From an uncultured Chloroflexia bacterium (GTDB lineage Bacteria > Chloroflexota > Anaerolineae > Anaerolineales > UBA4823), in assembly GCA_963822175.1 (NCBI GenBank), contig CAWGGJ010000008.1, forward strand, positions 640,388 through 704,387: DNA of 64,000 bases, in the 5' to 3' direction. Below are positions 27,308-36,927 of the stretch, piece by piece. Made by a program: the position numbers and the translations under genes. Numbering within the stretch: position 1 is the stretch's first letter; every line of letters starts with the position of its first letter. The notes below the pieces were generated by a model that did no database searches, was not told where the DNA came from, and saw only the letters and a list, made by a program, of their open reading frames with translations.

Positions 27308-29059
27308 ATGGATAAACTTTCGAAAGCTAACAACAGGCCATTGATATTTATCCTGGGATTATTAATGTTGGGGGTTTTGCTGCTTATTCCGTTATCTGTG
27401 TCCTATGCCGAAGGTATTGTCAATCAAGGGATGATGCAAGGATTTGGCGATCCGAATGATGGCTCCACAATAAGACATTCATTCCTTCTTACTGATACAG
27501 TAACAGCAACTCCGACAATAACTCAAACTCTCACCCAGACACCCACGGATCTGCCAACCTTAACCGCCTCCCCAACCGAAACAGTATCTCAAACTATAAC
27601 AGCATCCCCAACCTTGACTGCCACTCCAACTGCAACAACAGCCCCAACCGAGACTGGGACATCTACACCAATTACTACGGGAACAGAAACTGCGACAAGT
27701 ACGCCCACCATCAAGCCAACACTAACACCAACGGTAACAGGTACTCAGCCTACAAAAACTGCGACCCCAACTGCAACCGGTACTTTGTCAGTTGTTCCTT
27801 CATTAAGAGTGCAGGTTCAGCCAACTGAAGCAAGAATTAATGAAAATTTCACCTTTGCAATTGAAGTGGGTAATATTGGCACTGGAGTTACCACCAACAA
27901 CGTCGTGATAGATGCCTTCCCGACTTATATTGATGTCCTGACTGTGACAACAGGTCGAGGGACAATCACCAAACTAGCTCACTCATTTGTGGTCACCATT
28001 GGAGATATCTCTCCGAATGAGAAGATCACCATTGTTGCAGGCGTAAAAGTAAACGCAACCCTTACCCGCACTGAAACGATAGTGAATGTTGTGACATTGA
28101 CTTACGATATTGGCAAGTCTATGACTGCGAGCGTTAATTACAAGGTGATTTACCAGACTTTGCCACCCACGGGTGAGTTGCCTTTGAATTGGCGAGATGG
28201 GAAAGTATACTCGTCCAGCATCGTGCCAGCTGTATTGCTGCTTGTTTTAGGCAGTATCCTACTATTGATAGGGATCTGGTTAAAGGTAACTGGTAAGAAG
28301 AACACCTTTTGGATGATTACAATTGGAAGTTTATTTGTGATCATTGGATTTGTAATCGGGACATCAGCCTTGGGGATACTGCAATCGTTTCAACAAGCAA
28401 ATCAAGACGAGTTTACTCCCACGGAAAGTGGCAGCCTTGCTCTAGCTCAACCGGAAGAACCAGCGGAGACTAATATACCTAGACTTCCTGCTTCAGCGTA
28501 CTCAACACCGGAAGCAGTACCAATTGTCACCTTACCTAATTATCCCATTCCAACACCTGTGATCACGATAACTCCAAAGCCAGGGGAATCAGGACCGGAT
28601 ACCAGCCCGATAGTGCGGATAGCAATCCCTGGCATTCTGCTAGATACAGAAGTTAAATATGTTCCTTATGATGGCGTCAGCTGGTTGATATCTGGCTTAC
28701 GGGAGGAGGTTGCATGGATGGGCAATACCTCCTGGCCTGGATTAGGTGGAAATACCGGTCTTGCTGGTCATGTGACTGTTGCTGGAATGGGAGATGGACC
28801 GTTTCGTCACCTGGACCAGTTAACCGCTGGTGAGGTTGTTATCCTCTACACAGAGAACAATGCTTATACCTATACGGTTAGGGAGAGTCGTATTACTGAT
28901 GATGGAGATATGTCGGTAACGCTGGCAACAAATAACCCACAAATTACGCTGATCACCTGTGTGAATTGGGATCAGGAAAGTCATACATACCTAAACAGAT
29001 TGGTCGTTTTTGCTGATTTGGTTCGAACAGATCCGATCAGGATGGGCACGGCGCCATAA
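27308..29059 (+). CDS. Fusion of an LPPTG-sorted DUF11-like surface protein with a sortase domain
   Basis: In order it contains a signal peptide, a Thr/Pro-rich linker, a DUF11-like repeat domain, LPPTG (28160-28174), a TM helix, KVTGKKN, a second TM helix, a linker, and a sortase core (LAGH..., TLITC with Cys codon 28958-28960, NRLVV). Confidence 0.8.
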   Translation: MDKLSKANNRPLIFILGLLMLGVLLLIPLSVSYAEGIVNQGMMQGFGDPNDGSTIRHSFLLTDTVTATPTITQTLTQTPTDLPTLTASPTETVSQTITASPTLTATPTATTAPTETGTSTPITTGTETATSTPTIKPTLTPTVTGTQPTKTATPTATGTLSVVPSLRVQVQPTEARINENFTFAIEVGNIGTGVTTNNVVIDAFPTYIDVLTVTTGRGTITKLAHSFVVTIGDISPNEKITIVAGVKVNATLTRTETIVNVVTLTYDIGKSMTASVNYKVIYQTLPPTGELPLNWRDGKVYSSSIVPAVLLLVLGSILLLIGIWLKVTGKKNTFWMITIGSLFVIIGFVIGTSALGILQSFQQANQDEFTPTESGSLALAQPEEPAETNIPRLPASAYSTPEAVPIVTLPNYPIPTPVITITPKPGESGPDTSPIVRIAIPGILLDTEVKYVPYDGVSWLISGLREEVAWMGNTSWPGLGGNTGLAGHVTVAGMGDGPFRHLDQLTAGEVVILYTENNAYTYTVRESRITDDGDMSVTLATNNPQITLITCVNWDQESHTYLNRLVVFADLVRTDPIRMGTAP

Positions 29060-29080
29060 TCCATAAATGATGGGACAAAA

Positions 29081-29109
29081 GCACTGGATTCACTATCCAG
29101 TGCTTTTTT
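29081..29109. terminator. Bidirectional intrinsic terminator
   Basis: The stem GCACTGGA (29081-29088) / TCCAGTGC (29096-29103) is flanked by AAAA upstream and TTTTTT (29104-29109) downstream. It lies between convergent genes. Confidence 0.7.
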
Positions 29110-30704
29110 AATCCATCACCGAGAATACCCATTCACCAGCAACCATCGTAGCAGTTGGTTTGATGTTTTTCAGCTCATCGGGTGGACAATTATATGGATC
29201 TTTGTTCAGTATTACTAAATCTGCCAGGAAACCAGGGGCAAGCTTTCCCAGACAGTCTTCCATGCATGCTGCATATGCAGGTCCAGCAGTAAAAGCAAGG
29301 ATCGCTTCTGCGATGCTCAGGCGTTGTTCTGGGTACCAACCCTGTTCTGAGGGTGCGCCATCGGTGCGACGACGAGTGACAGCAGCATGTAGGCCTAAAA
29401 ACGGATCGGGGGATTCGACGGGTGCGTCAGACCCAAATACCAGTGAACTACCATGCGTTAGGAGCTCTCGCCAGGCATAAGCAAATTTAGATCGCTTTCC
29501 CCAAAATCGATCTGCCATTAACATATCTGAAGTGGCGTGGATGGGCTGCATAGAGGCGATGATATTCAGGTTTGAGATCCGTTCGATATCATCAGGATGG
29601 ATGACCTGGACATGCTCAATGCGGTGACGAAGCTGGTGTTTCGATCGAGACGATATGAGGTCTTCATATTTTCTCAACTGCGCATAGGCGTTCAAAACTT
29701 CATGATTGGCGCGATCTCCGATGGCATGAACGGCAAGGCTGATGCCATTGGACGCTGCCTGGCGACCATACTCAAACAATTCCTCAGCATCCAACGTCAA
29801 GATTCCGCGATTCTGAGGATCATCCTCATAGGGCTGAAGCATGGCAGCGGTGCGTGGACCAAGTGCGCCATCGGCAAACAATTTTAACGCTCCAACACGC
29901 AGCATATCATCACCAAAACCAGAACGTAATCCCAAGTCAATGGCATCAGGTAAATTCGCCAGGGGAATGCTCTTAGTGATGCGGAGTTTTAATTTTTTTT
30001 CTGCATGGATAACTTGGAGAGCAGAAAAACATCGCCTTTGGTCAAAATCATGGACTCCAGTAAGCCCCATTTTCCATAGAATGGGTTGGGCTGATTGAAT
30101 GGAATTAACTACCTGGACCAAACTGGGTTCTGGTATGGCCCTATTGATGATTTCCATTGCTGATTCGAATACGATACCATCGGGTTCGCCATTGCGATGT
30201 CCGTCCAATGCGTCCACCAGGAGGGTCGGGTGTATTGTGATCAATTCCCGCTAAATTTAAAGCTTGTGTATTCACCCAGCCACAGTGAAGAGATTTGTGT
30301 GTAAGGTAAATTGGATTTTGTGGAGCAATTTCATCAAGCTGATTTGCTGACCCATATCCTTCTGCCCAACGATTTTGATTCCATCCATGACCCAATACCC
30401 AATCACCCATCGGTGTTTGCATTGTTCGAATTGCCACCCTTTGGATGCATTCCCCCTGCGTGACGGTCTCGCAATCAACTCGTTGCATACTGAGGGCATA
30501 ACTTTCCAGGTGCATATGAGCGTCAGTTAGACCTGGGATGATTGATTGACCGTGAAGGTTTAAAATATTTCTGGTGGAGAAAGAATCTTTGATTTCTGCA
30601 TCTGATCCAACAGCCAATACGCGATCATTGTCGATCGCAATTGCCGTTGCAATGGGCTGTGCTGGATTTTGAGTAAGGATATTGGCGTTGAAAATAACAA
30701 GCAT
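29108..30704 (-). pseudogene. Amidohydrolase-3 family metal-dependent hydrolase (COG1574-like), frame broken
   Basis: The N-terminal ORF 30141..30704 (PGLTDAHMHLE) and C-terminal ORF 29108..30244 (HAIGD, HRIEHVQV, GSDAPVE) overlap in different frames. The junction is near ...TPDPPGGRI / DGHRNGEPDG, around 30190-30215. Confidence 0.8.
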
Positions 30705-30715
30705 ATCAGATGGGG

Positions 30716-31594
30716 TCAGTCGGTTTGACCAAGTATGCGTAAGATGATTGCGTCCAATTCCTCATCGGAATAGTAATGGATTACCAATGTCCCACCCTGT
30801 TTGCGTGGGTGTAGATTTACCCTTGTACCCAATCGTTGACGCAATCTTTCCTCCAGGTAGGTTACATCTGGTTTTGGATTGATTTTTGTTTCTGCTGGTG
30901 GACGTTGGCCAAGTAATTTACGTACTAAATCTTCTGTCTTGCGAACATTTAATTCGTGTTTGATGATGGTTTGCAATGCTGCTGATTGTGCCTGGGTGGT
31001 TGGTAAACTGAGCAAGACACGTGCATGCCCTTCACTGATATCACCATTAGCAAGAGATTGGCGCACATCTTCAGGGAGTTTAAGCAGGCGTAATGTATTT
31101 GTGATCGATACGCGGCTTTTTCCTAATTGTTGCGCGATCTGCTCATGTGACAGGTTGAAATCATCTGCCAGCTGGCGATAGGCTTCTGCTGCTTCAAGAG
31201 GGGTGAGGTCAGTCCGCTGGACATTTTCGATCAGCGCCAGCTCGAGAAGTTTTTGTTCAGAAGCTTCTCGAATGAGCACAGGGACGGAATCCAAGCCAGC
31301 AAGACCAGCGGCCAATAGACGACGCTCGCCAGCGATTAGTGTGTATTTACCTGCATCATCACCAGGTGTGACGATGAGTGGCTGCAGGATGCCATTCTCA
31401 CGAATGGATGCAGCCAGCTCTGCAAGTTCCTCCTGGTCCATTTGAGAACGTGGCTGGCGCGGATTGCGGTTTATGGCTGTGATGGGTAATAATTCATAGC
31501 CACTGGATGGAGTTACAGGCAGGGATTCAGGAGTAAAATCTCCACTGGGGATCAGGGCATCAAGCCCTCTACCAAGACCGGTCTTTTTTGTCAT
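30716..31594 (-). CDS. parB: Chromosome partitioning protein ParB
   Basis: The ParB box GILQPLIV, LIAGERRLLAA and an HTH region are present. It overlaps parA by 4 nt. Confidence 0.92.
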   Translation of the reverse strand: MTKKTGLGRGLDALIPSGDFTPESLPVTPSSGYELLPITAINRNPRQPRSQMDQEELAELAASIRENGILQPLIVTPGDDAGKYTLIAGERRLLAAGLAGLDSVPVLIREASEQKLLELALIENVQRTDLTPLEAAEAYRQLADDFNLSHEQIAQQLGKSRVSITNTLRLLKLPEDVRQSLANGDISEGHARVLLSLPTTQAQSAALQTIIKHELNVRKTEDLVRKLLGQRPPAETKINPKPDVTYLEERLRQRLGTRVNLHPRKQGGTLVIHYYSDEELDAIILRILGQTD

Positions 31595-32400
31595 TCTGAG
31601 CTCACTAATGTCTGGAGGGTTTCTGTAATCAGGACACCATCACCAACCAGGATTTCGCGCGCCAGGTTGGAATACGCGATCGCACCATTAGATCCAGGAG
31701 CATAAACCGAGATTGGTTGCCCATAGGAAGGTGCTTCTGCCAGGCGGACTGAGCGCGGAATTATGGTGTTGAAAACCTGGCTTGGAAAATGACGATTTAT
31801 CTCATTCACAACATCTGCACTGAGCTTTGTGCGAACATCAAACATAGTTAATACTACCCCACGTACGCGTAAATTGGGGAATATGGCAGAACGGATGCGT
31901 GACAGGGTCTGGTTCAGTTGACCGATACCTTCCAAAGCAAGGTATTCACACTGAACCGGGATGATGACACCATCCTTGGCAGCCACAACGCCATTCAGGG
32001 TCAACAAACCAAGGGACGGTGGGCAATCTATGAGAATGTAATCATATCGCTCGGTCAGTGGGTGGAGCGCTTCCCTGAGGCGAGTTTCACGGGAGATGAC
32101 CGATACCAGCTCTACTTCGGCACCCGCAAGCGCAGGTGAGGATGGGAGGAGTGAAAGCTTTAATCTCTGGTTGTACAAGATATTATTAATGGCTGGAGAG
32201 GCTCCAATGACCACATCATAGATGCTATTTTTTACTGATTGTTTATCGATACCGAGGCAGGACGAAGCATTTGCCTGTGGGTCAAGATCCACCAGCAGGA
32301 TGCGCTGATCAAAAGTTGCCAGGAATGCACCCAGGTTGACTGCTGTCGTAGTCTTACCGACACCACCTTTCTGGTTAGCAATCGTATATATCCGGCCCAT
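31591..32400 (-). CDS. parA: Chromosome partitioning ATPase ParA/Soj
   Basis: The deviant Walker A is NQKGGVGKTTTAVNL. The length (269 aa) is typical and it sits next to parB. Confidence 0.92.
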   Translation of the reverse strand: MGRIYTIANQKGGVGKTTTAVNLGAFLATFDQRILLVDLDPQANASSCLGIDKQSVKNSIYDVVIGASPAINNILYNQRLKLSLLPSSPALAGAEVELVSVISRETRLREALHPLTERYDYILIDCPPSLGLLTLNGVVAAKDGVIIPVQCEYLALEGIGQLNQTLSRIRSAIFPNLRVRGVVLTMFDVRTKLSADVVNEINRHFPSQVFNTIIPRSVRLAEAPSYGQPISVYAPGSNGAIAYSNLAREILVGDGVLITETLQTLVSSE

Positions 32401-33248
32401 TAAAGAACCTCAATCGAATATTCCTTGACTTCTTCAGGGCTGGGTATGCCATCCAACCCCACGCGGGTTACCGAAGAAGATGCAACTTGGTTGGCAAAGC
32501 GGGCAGATTCCCAAGGATCTCGTGTTAGATATAGGCGGATGAAGAAAGCAGCAGCAAAGATATCCCCTGCACCCGTAGAATCAACCTCTTCCACCTGGGA
32601 TGGTCTGAACCTACGCACATCACCGTTCCAGTAAACTCTTGCACCGGCGGGCCCTTCTGTCACTACCAGCACTCGAGAAGCCGAGGCTAATTCTTCTATC
32701 CGGGACTCGTCTCCTTGAACGTCGTGTATGCTTAGGATGGCTGCACCGGATTGCTGTAAGGTAAACGCAGCTTCAGGCCATTCGGAATGGCGGACATGTC
32801 CAGCATTGTCCCATCTACGCATCCAACCTTGAGGGGTGACACCGACCAGGGAGGTAGGGAAGTGCCTGACCAAACCCGGTTCAACTTCCTGGGCTACAGG
32901 ACCCAGGTGCACGATGGGTGCCTGTCTCCACGGTTCAGGAATCATGTGGTAGTCCAATCGTGGAGCAACACTGTGAATAATTTGGATACGACCTTCTTCG
33001 GTGTAAATATTTTCAAAAGTCGTCGATTGATCGGAGGGGTAATTTATTATTGGGATAGGTCTCAAGTTACCCAACGGTAGTTCTGCTCCCCAAGAGGTGA
33101 CAATACCAACTCGTAGACCTAAAGCATGCGCAGTTAAACCTGAATATGCTGCTGTACCTCCTAGGCGTGGTCCTGCTGGAGTTAGATCTATTGTTAAATG
33201 GCCAATAACGAGGTAATTAATAGGTTCCAAAGGGGAGAGGCTGAACAT
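32400..33248 (-). CDS. PfkB-family carbohydrate kinase
   Basis: It has a ribokinase-like fold with the C-terminal motif DSTGAGDIFAAAF. Confidence 0.8.
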   Translation of the reverse strand: MFSLSPLEPINYLVIGHLTIDLTPAGPRLGGTAAYSGLTAHALGLRVGIVTSWGAELPLGNLRPIPIINYPSDQSTTFENIYTEEGRIQIIHSVAPRLDYHMIPEPWRQAPIVHLGPVAQEVEPGLVRHFPTSLVGVTPQGWMRRWDNAGHVRHSEWPEAAFTLQQSGAAILSIHDVQGDESRIEELASASRVLVVTEGPAGARVYWNGDVRRFRPSQVEEVDSTGAGDIFAAAFFIRLYLTRDPWESARFANQVASSSVTRVGLDGIPSPEEVKEYSIEVL

Positions 33249-33272
33249 GGATAAATTATACCTGAAACCAAA

Positions 33273-33306
33273 AAGATGCTGCCTTTTTTAGTAAAGACAG
33301 CATCTT
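33273..33306 (-). terminator. Hairpin downstream of jag (possible terminator)
   Basis: AAGATGCTG (33273-33281) pairs with CAGCATCTT (33298-33306). On the minus strand it is followed by TTTTTGGTTT. Confidence 0.5.
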
Positions 33307-33316
33307 GTTGAATAAG

Positions 33317-34090
33317 CTATTCTTTAGGGATGATCGTCACTTTACGATGTGGTTCTTCCCCAAGACTTTCGGTAGTGACGTGAGCATCATCCCGCAGTTC
33401 CATATGGATTATACGCCGTTCATTGGGTGGCATGGGTTCGAGGGTTTGTTTCCGTCCGGTCTTGACTGCCTGTTCCGCAATGCGATGGGCAAGCTGACGG
33501 AGTTGCCGCTCACGGCGGGTACGATATCCTTCCACGTCAAGGACAACAGTCAGGTTTTCCCCAAGCTCTTTGCTGATGATCAGGCGGGATATATATTGAA
33601 GCGCATTTAGTGTTTCTGATCGCTTACCAATTAATACACTCAAGTCTTTGCCAGTTATATCCACCAGGATGGCGCGGGTTCCACGGACGTCATCAACCTC
33701 CCCGAATGAAGCCGTCACTTCAGCCTGGATATCCATTTTCGCGAGCAGCTCGGTGACAGTTTCTTGGGCGACATGGAGAGAAATCTCTTCTTTTGTGTTT
33801 GCGGGCGGTATGCGAACAGGTTTGACGGTTAGTTCGTCCTCAGAAGTCTCTCCATAGGTAATATTATTAGTTGAGGATAATTCTGTATCGAATTCTTCCG
33901 GAATGTCTTGTTTTACGATCAGGCGGACACGCGCCTGGTGTGCTCCAAGGCCAAATAAACCGCGGCTTCCTTCATCTAATATCTCGATATCAACAGCATC
34001 ACGGGTCAAATCCAATTCAGCCAGTCCTTTTTCGATGGCATCATTGATTGTTGGAGCGATTATTTCAATGGTCGCACGTTGTAGGTTCAT
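33317..34090 (-). CDS. jag: Jag/KhpB RNA-binding protein (KH plus R3H domains)
   Basis: The C-terminal R3H-like segment is LEPMPPNERRIIHMELRD. It occupies the conserved position downstream of yidC. Confidence 0.85.
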   Translation of the reverse strand: MNLQRATIEIIAPTINDAIEKGLAELDLTRDAVDIEILDEGSRGLFGLGAHQARVRLIVKQDIPEEFDTELSSTNNITYGETSEDELTVKPVRIPPANTKEEISLHVAQETVTELLAKMDIQAEVTASFGEVDDVRGTRAILVDITGKDLSVLIGKRSETLNALQYISRLIISKELGENLTVVLDVEGYRTRRERQLRQLAHRIAEQAVKTGRKQTLEPMPPNERRIIHMELRDDAHVTTESLGEEPHRKVTIIPKE

Positions 34091-34126
34091 AAATAATTCC
34101 CAAATACCTTCATCTTGCAGAAGAAT

Positions 34127-34916
34127 TTACTTTGCAGGAGCAGCTTTTTTCTTTGGAAGCAGGTTGCTCCAGGTTACCTTGCCCATGATCGCATACTGAG
34201 CAATACCAAGGACATTGCTCATAATAAAATACAATGCCAAACCTGAAGCCAAGGTGTATGAAATCCATCCCATCAAGATGGGCATATACAGGTTCATCAT
34301 TTTTGACATTTGGGCACCCTGGTCGCCTGGATTTGCTGCCGGGGTCATCAGCTTGGATTGGAGCCAGGTGGTAATGACCACGATGATGGTCAAGATTGGT
34401 ATAGGAATAACCATCACCAATCGGTAAAATAAAAGGTGTTGACGAGGTTTCTGGTAATCCAAGGTTCATCCACAAGAACTGGCTATTCAATGGGATAAGT
34501 ACAGAAGCAGGAATGAAGGCATACAAATCACGGCTGAGGTTTAGTAGCTGGATGGGTGCTGAAGCCATGGCAAGCGAGATAGATTGATAGAGACCAATCA
34601 TGATGGGGAACTGAATGACTAATGGCAGACAGGAACCAAGAGGATTGATGCCCATTTCCTTATATATTGCCATTTGTTCCTGGGCTAGTTTTTCCTTGTC
34701 GTCTTTATATTTCTTTTGTATTTCCTGCCACTTTTTGGATCCCTGCAGTTCCTGCATTTTCTGTTGCCCTTTCAATTGCTGGGCAGTGAGAGGGTAGGTG
34801 AGCAAGCGGATGAGAATAGTGAAAATGATGATCGCCAATCCGAAATTATTCAGGATCAGGTCATATATCCAGATCAGGACATTTACCATGGGTGAAAGAA
34901 TGAACGTATTCCACAT
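34127..34916 (-). pseudogene. yidC: Membrane protein insertase YidC (short form), frame broken
   Basis: The N-terminal frame reads ...FTILIRLLTYPL..., MQELQ, CLPLVIQFPI, FLWMNLGLPE. It then drifts out of frame. The conserved C-terminus (IPIPILTIIVVITTWLQSKLM...MNLYMPILMGWISYTLASGLALYFIMSNVLGIAQ) is in ORF 34127..34462. The switch lies near two A4 runs at 34426-34434 (plus-strand coordinates). Confidence 0.85.
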
Positions 34917-34952
34917 AAGTAGTTATCTCCGTAGTCGTTTACGTAACTAGTC

Positions 34953-36029
34953 TTACTTTTTGGCTGGGGTGAATGTCCATTTCTGGTTGGCATCCATATT
35001 CATGGCAACCAGGAGTGAATCGAAATTGGTCGGTGCGACGAGGATTGTATCTCCCGTAATAACTGGAGACGAGTAGATCAGACCACCAATCACCTTACTG
35101 CTAAGCACGTCACCATTGGTGCTAATGATAAACAATGAGTCACCTTCGGTGGTTAGATAAATCTTGTCATCAAGTACTACTGGCTTGTCGACAATTGTAT
35201 TCTGCGGTTGAATGCGCCATAAAGATGTACCATCAGTTGCGTTCACGGCATAAAAATATCCAGACAGATCACCAAAATATAGGACATCATTGGCGAGAAC
35301 CGGTCCTGACCAAACCCAATCTTCGGTTTTGAAACGCCAAAGGATCGTCCCACTTTTACTGTCAAGAGCGAGCATTTCACTGCCGAACGTCCCCACAAAC
35401 AGAACTCCGTTTGAGCTGACTGCCGGTCCGCCAACCAATGCGCCATCAAGATCAGGGGTTTGCCACAATATGCGGCCTGTCTGGGCATCCATTGAATATA
35501 CTGAATGGTCCATGGAAGCGACGTATATGCATCCACAATCTGGATCTGTGGCTGGTTGTGCCCAGGCTGGTCCACCGGTTTCCTGCGACCAAACTTGTTT
35601 GCCATTCATATCTATCGCATAAATGAAACCATCAGCTGATGGTTGATAGATCATCGTCTCTGTGACCAACGGGCTGCCAATCAACCGGTTTTTGGAACCA
35701 CTGAAATTCCAATTCTCCGAGCCGGTCTTCGGATTGAGACTGTAAAGTTTATAATCGTAACTGGGTACAATCAGTTGACCATCGGGAGTAAGAACCGGGG
35801 GAGTATAAAATGTAATTTTTGCATTTGGCTTGTCGGGATATCTCCAGTTCTCGCTTCCAGATTTAACATCAATTGCATACACCTGGCTACCAGCAGCCAG
35901 GTATGCAGTATCTGAGTCGTTGGTTAGTCCATGCCAGCTTGTGGAGGCATATGCTGCACTGTTGCAGGCACTGAGAAAGATGCTAATTAAAACAAAGGGT
36001 AGTAAAAGTAATATTTTTTTTGATTTCAT
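34953..36029 (-). CDS. PQQ-like beta-propeller repeat lipoprotein (BamB-like fold)
   Basis: It has a lipobox-like LSAC N-terminus and repeated W..-containing propeller blades (ENWRY, ENWNF, VWSQ, ILWQT, ILWRF, SLWRI). Confidence 0.8.
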   Translation of the reverse strand: MKSKKILLLLPFVLISIFLSACNSAAYASTSWHGLTNDSDTAYLAAGSQVYAIDVKSGSENWRYPDKPNAKITFYTPPVLTPDGQLIVPSYDYKLYSLNPKTGSENWNFSGSKNRLIGSPLVTETMIYQPSADGFIYAIDMNGKQVWSQETGGPAWAQPATDPDCGCIYVASMDHSVYSMDAQTGRILWQTPDLDGALVGGPAVSSNGVLFVGTFGSEMLALDSKSGTILWRFKTEDWVWSGPVLANDVLYFGDLSGYFYAVNATDGTSLWRIQPQNTIVDKPVVLDDKIYLTTEGDSLFIISTNGDVLSSKVIGGLIYSSPVITGDTILVAPTNFDSLLVAMNMDANQKWTFTPAKK

Positions 36030-36041
36030 CGGTTATCTTTT

Positions 36042-36335
36042 CTATGGTACAGGATCAAAGCCGCCACGGTTGAAGGGGTTGCATCTTAAAATGCGCCAGG
36101 CAGCCATCAGGCTACCTTTAATCGCACCATATTTATAGATCGCCTGATAGCCATAATGCGAGCATGTTGGGTAAAACCTGCATGACCCATTAGGTATGGT
36201 AGGCGAAATCACTTTTTGATAGGCACGAATCATGGCTAATAGTGGGAACCGCGGCAAGTTCCAGATTGTTATGGGTAGGTCACGCAATCGAGGTTCTTTA
36301 TGATTTTCTGCCTCATGCAAAGTTTCATCGTTCAT
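36042..36335 (-). CDS. yidD: Membrane protein insertion efficiency factor YidD
   Basis: It contains YQKVISP...[31 protein letters not shown]. Confidence 0.88.
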   Translation of the reverse strand: MNDETLHEAENHKEPRLRDLPITIWNLPRFPLLAMIRAYQKVISPTIPNGSCRFYPTCSHYGYQAIYKYGAIKGSLMAAWRILRCNPFNRGGFDPVP

Positions 36336-36675
36336 TATTATTGCTTATCAGGTTTGCTTTCGAGAAAAGCTGGACCAGACAATCCTCTATCTCAGACAAT
36401 TTTGCAGTAAGTATTGGGTTTCGCGCGATTAGAACTATATCCCAGTTAAGTTTCAACTTGGGTAGGATAGTTCGAACAGCTTCACGCAGCATTCGCTTAG
36501 CGCGATTTCTCTGTACCGCATTTCCGACTGACCGACCTGCCATCACTCCAATACGTTTTTGTTCATCCGCACCTGCCAGCACAACCAGCACAACAAGCGG
36601 GTGGGCATAAGACTTGCCAAAACGCCTCACCCGCTTGAAATCGGTTGATTGTGTCAGACGAAAGTTGCGGTTCAC
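36325..36675 (-). CDS. rnpA: Ribonuclease P protein component
   Basis: The 116-aa basic protein has [12 protein letters not shown] and [15 protein letters not shown]. It lies downstream of rpmH with a GTGA overlap. Confidence 0.88.
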   Translation of the reverse strand: MNRNFRLTQSTDFKRVRRFGKSYAHPLVVLVVLAGADEQKRIGVMAGRSVGNAVQRNRAKRMLREAVRTILPKLKLNWDIVLIARNPILTAKLSEIEDCLVQLFSKANLISNNNER

Positions 36676-36848
36676 CCACGCCAGTTAATCTTCTTCACGT
36701 GGTTGTTCATGTTGACGGTTAGTCGATATCGTCCTTTTAACCGCCGTGCTTTCAATACTTTTCTTCCATCAGCTGTAGACATTCGTTGCCTAAAACCATG
36801 AACGCGCACACGGCGACGAATTTTGGGTTGATAAGTTCGCTTTGGCAT
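36672..36848 (-). CDS. rpmH: 50S ribosomal protein L34 (58 aa, not in the ORF track)
   Basis: My own translation of the minus strand gives [45 protein letters not shown] followed by the 13-aa tail [13 protein letters not shown]. Its stop overlaps the rnpA GTG start. Confidence 0.88.
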   Translation of the reverse strand: MPKRTYQPKIRRRVRVHGFRQRMSTADGRKVLKARRLKGRYRLTVNMNNHVKKINWRG

Positions 36849-36927
36849 TCTGTATTACCTAAATCCTTTTTATGTAATTAACCACTAATAAAACGATTTT
36901 CGATTATACCCGATGGATGGGCTTTGG

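Noticed and set aside
27480-27800. An apparent tandem DNA repeat (ACN-CCN-ACN periodicity). A similar one occurs at about 10950-11500.
   Set aside because: These are codon-level low-complexity Thr/Pro-rich linkers inside the sortase-substrate and anti-sigma ORFs. They are not discrete nucleotide repeats or regulatory arrays.
30716-36848. A replication origin (oriC) near parAB and the rpmH-rnpA-yidC cluster.
   Set aside because: There is no dnaA or dnaN in the window. No intergenic cluster of DnaA-box-like 9-mers (TTATCCACA) was spotted, and the intergenic gaps here are very short.
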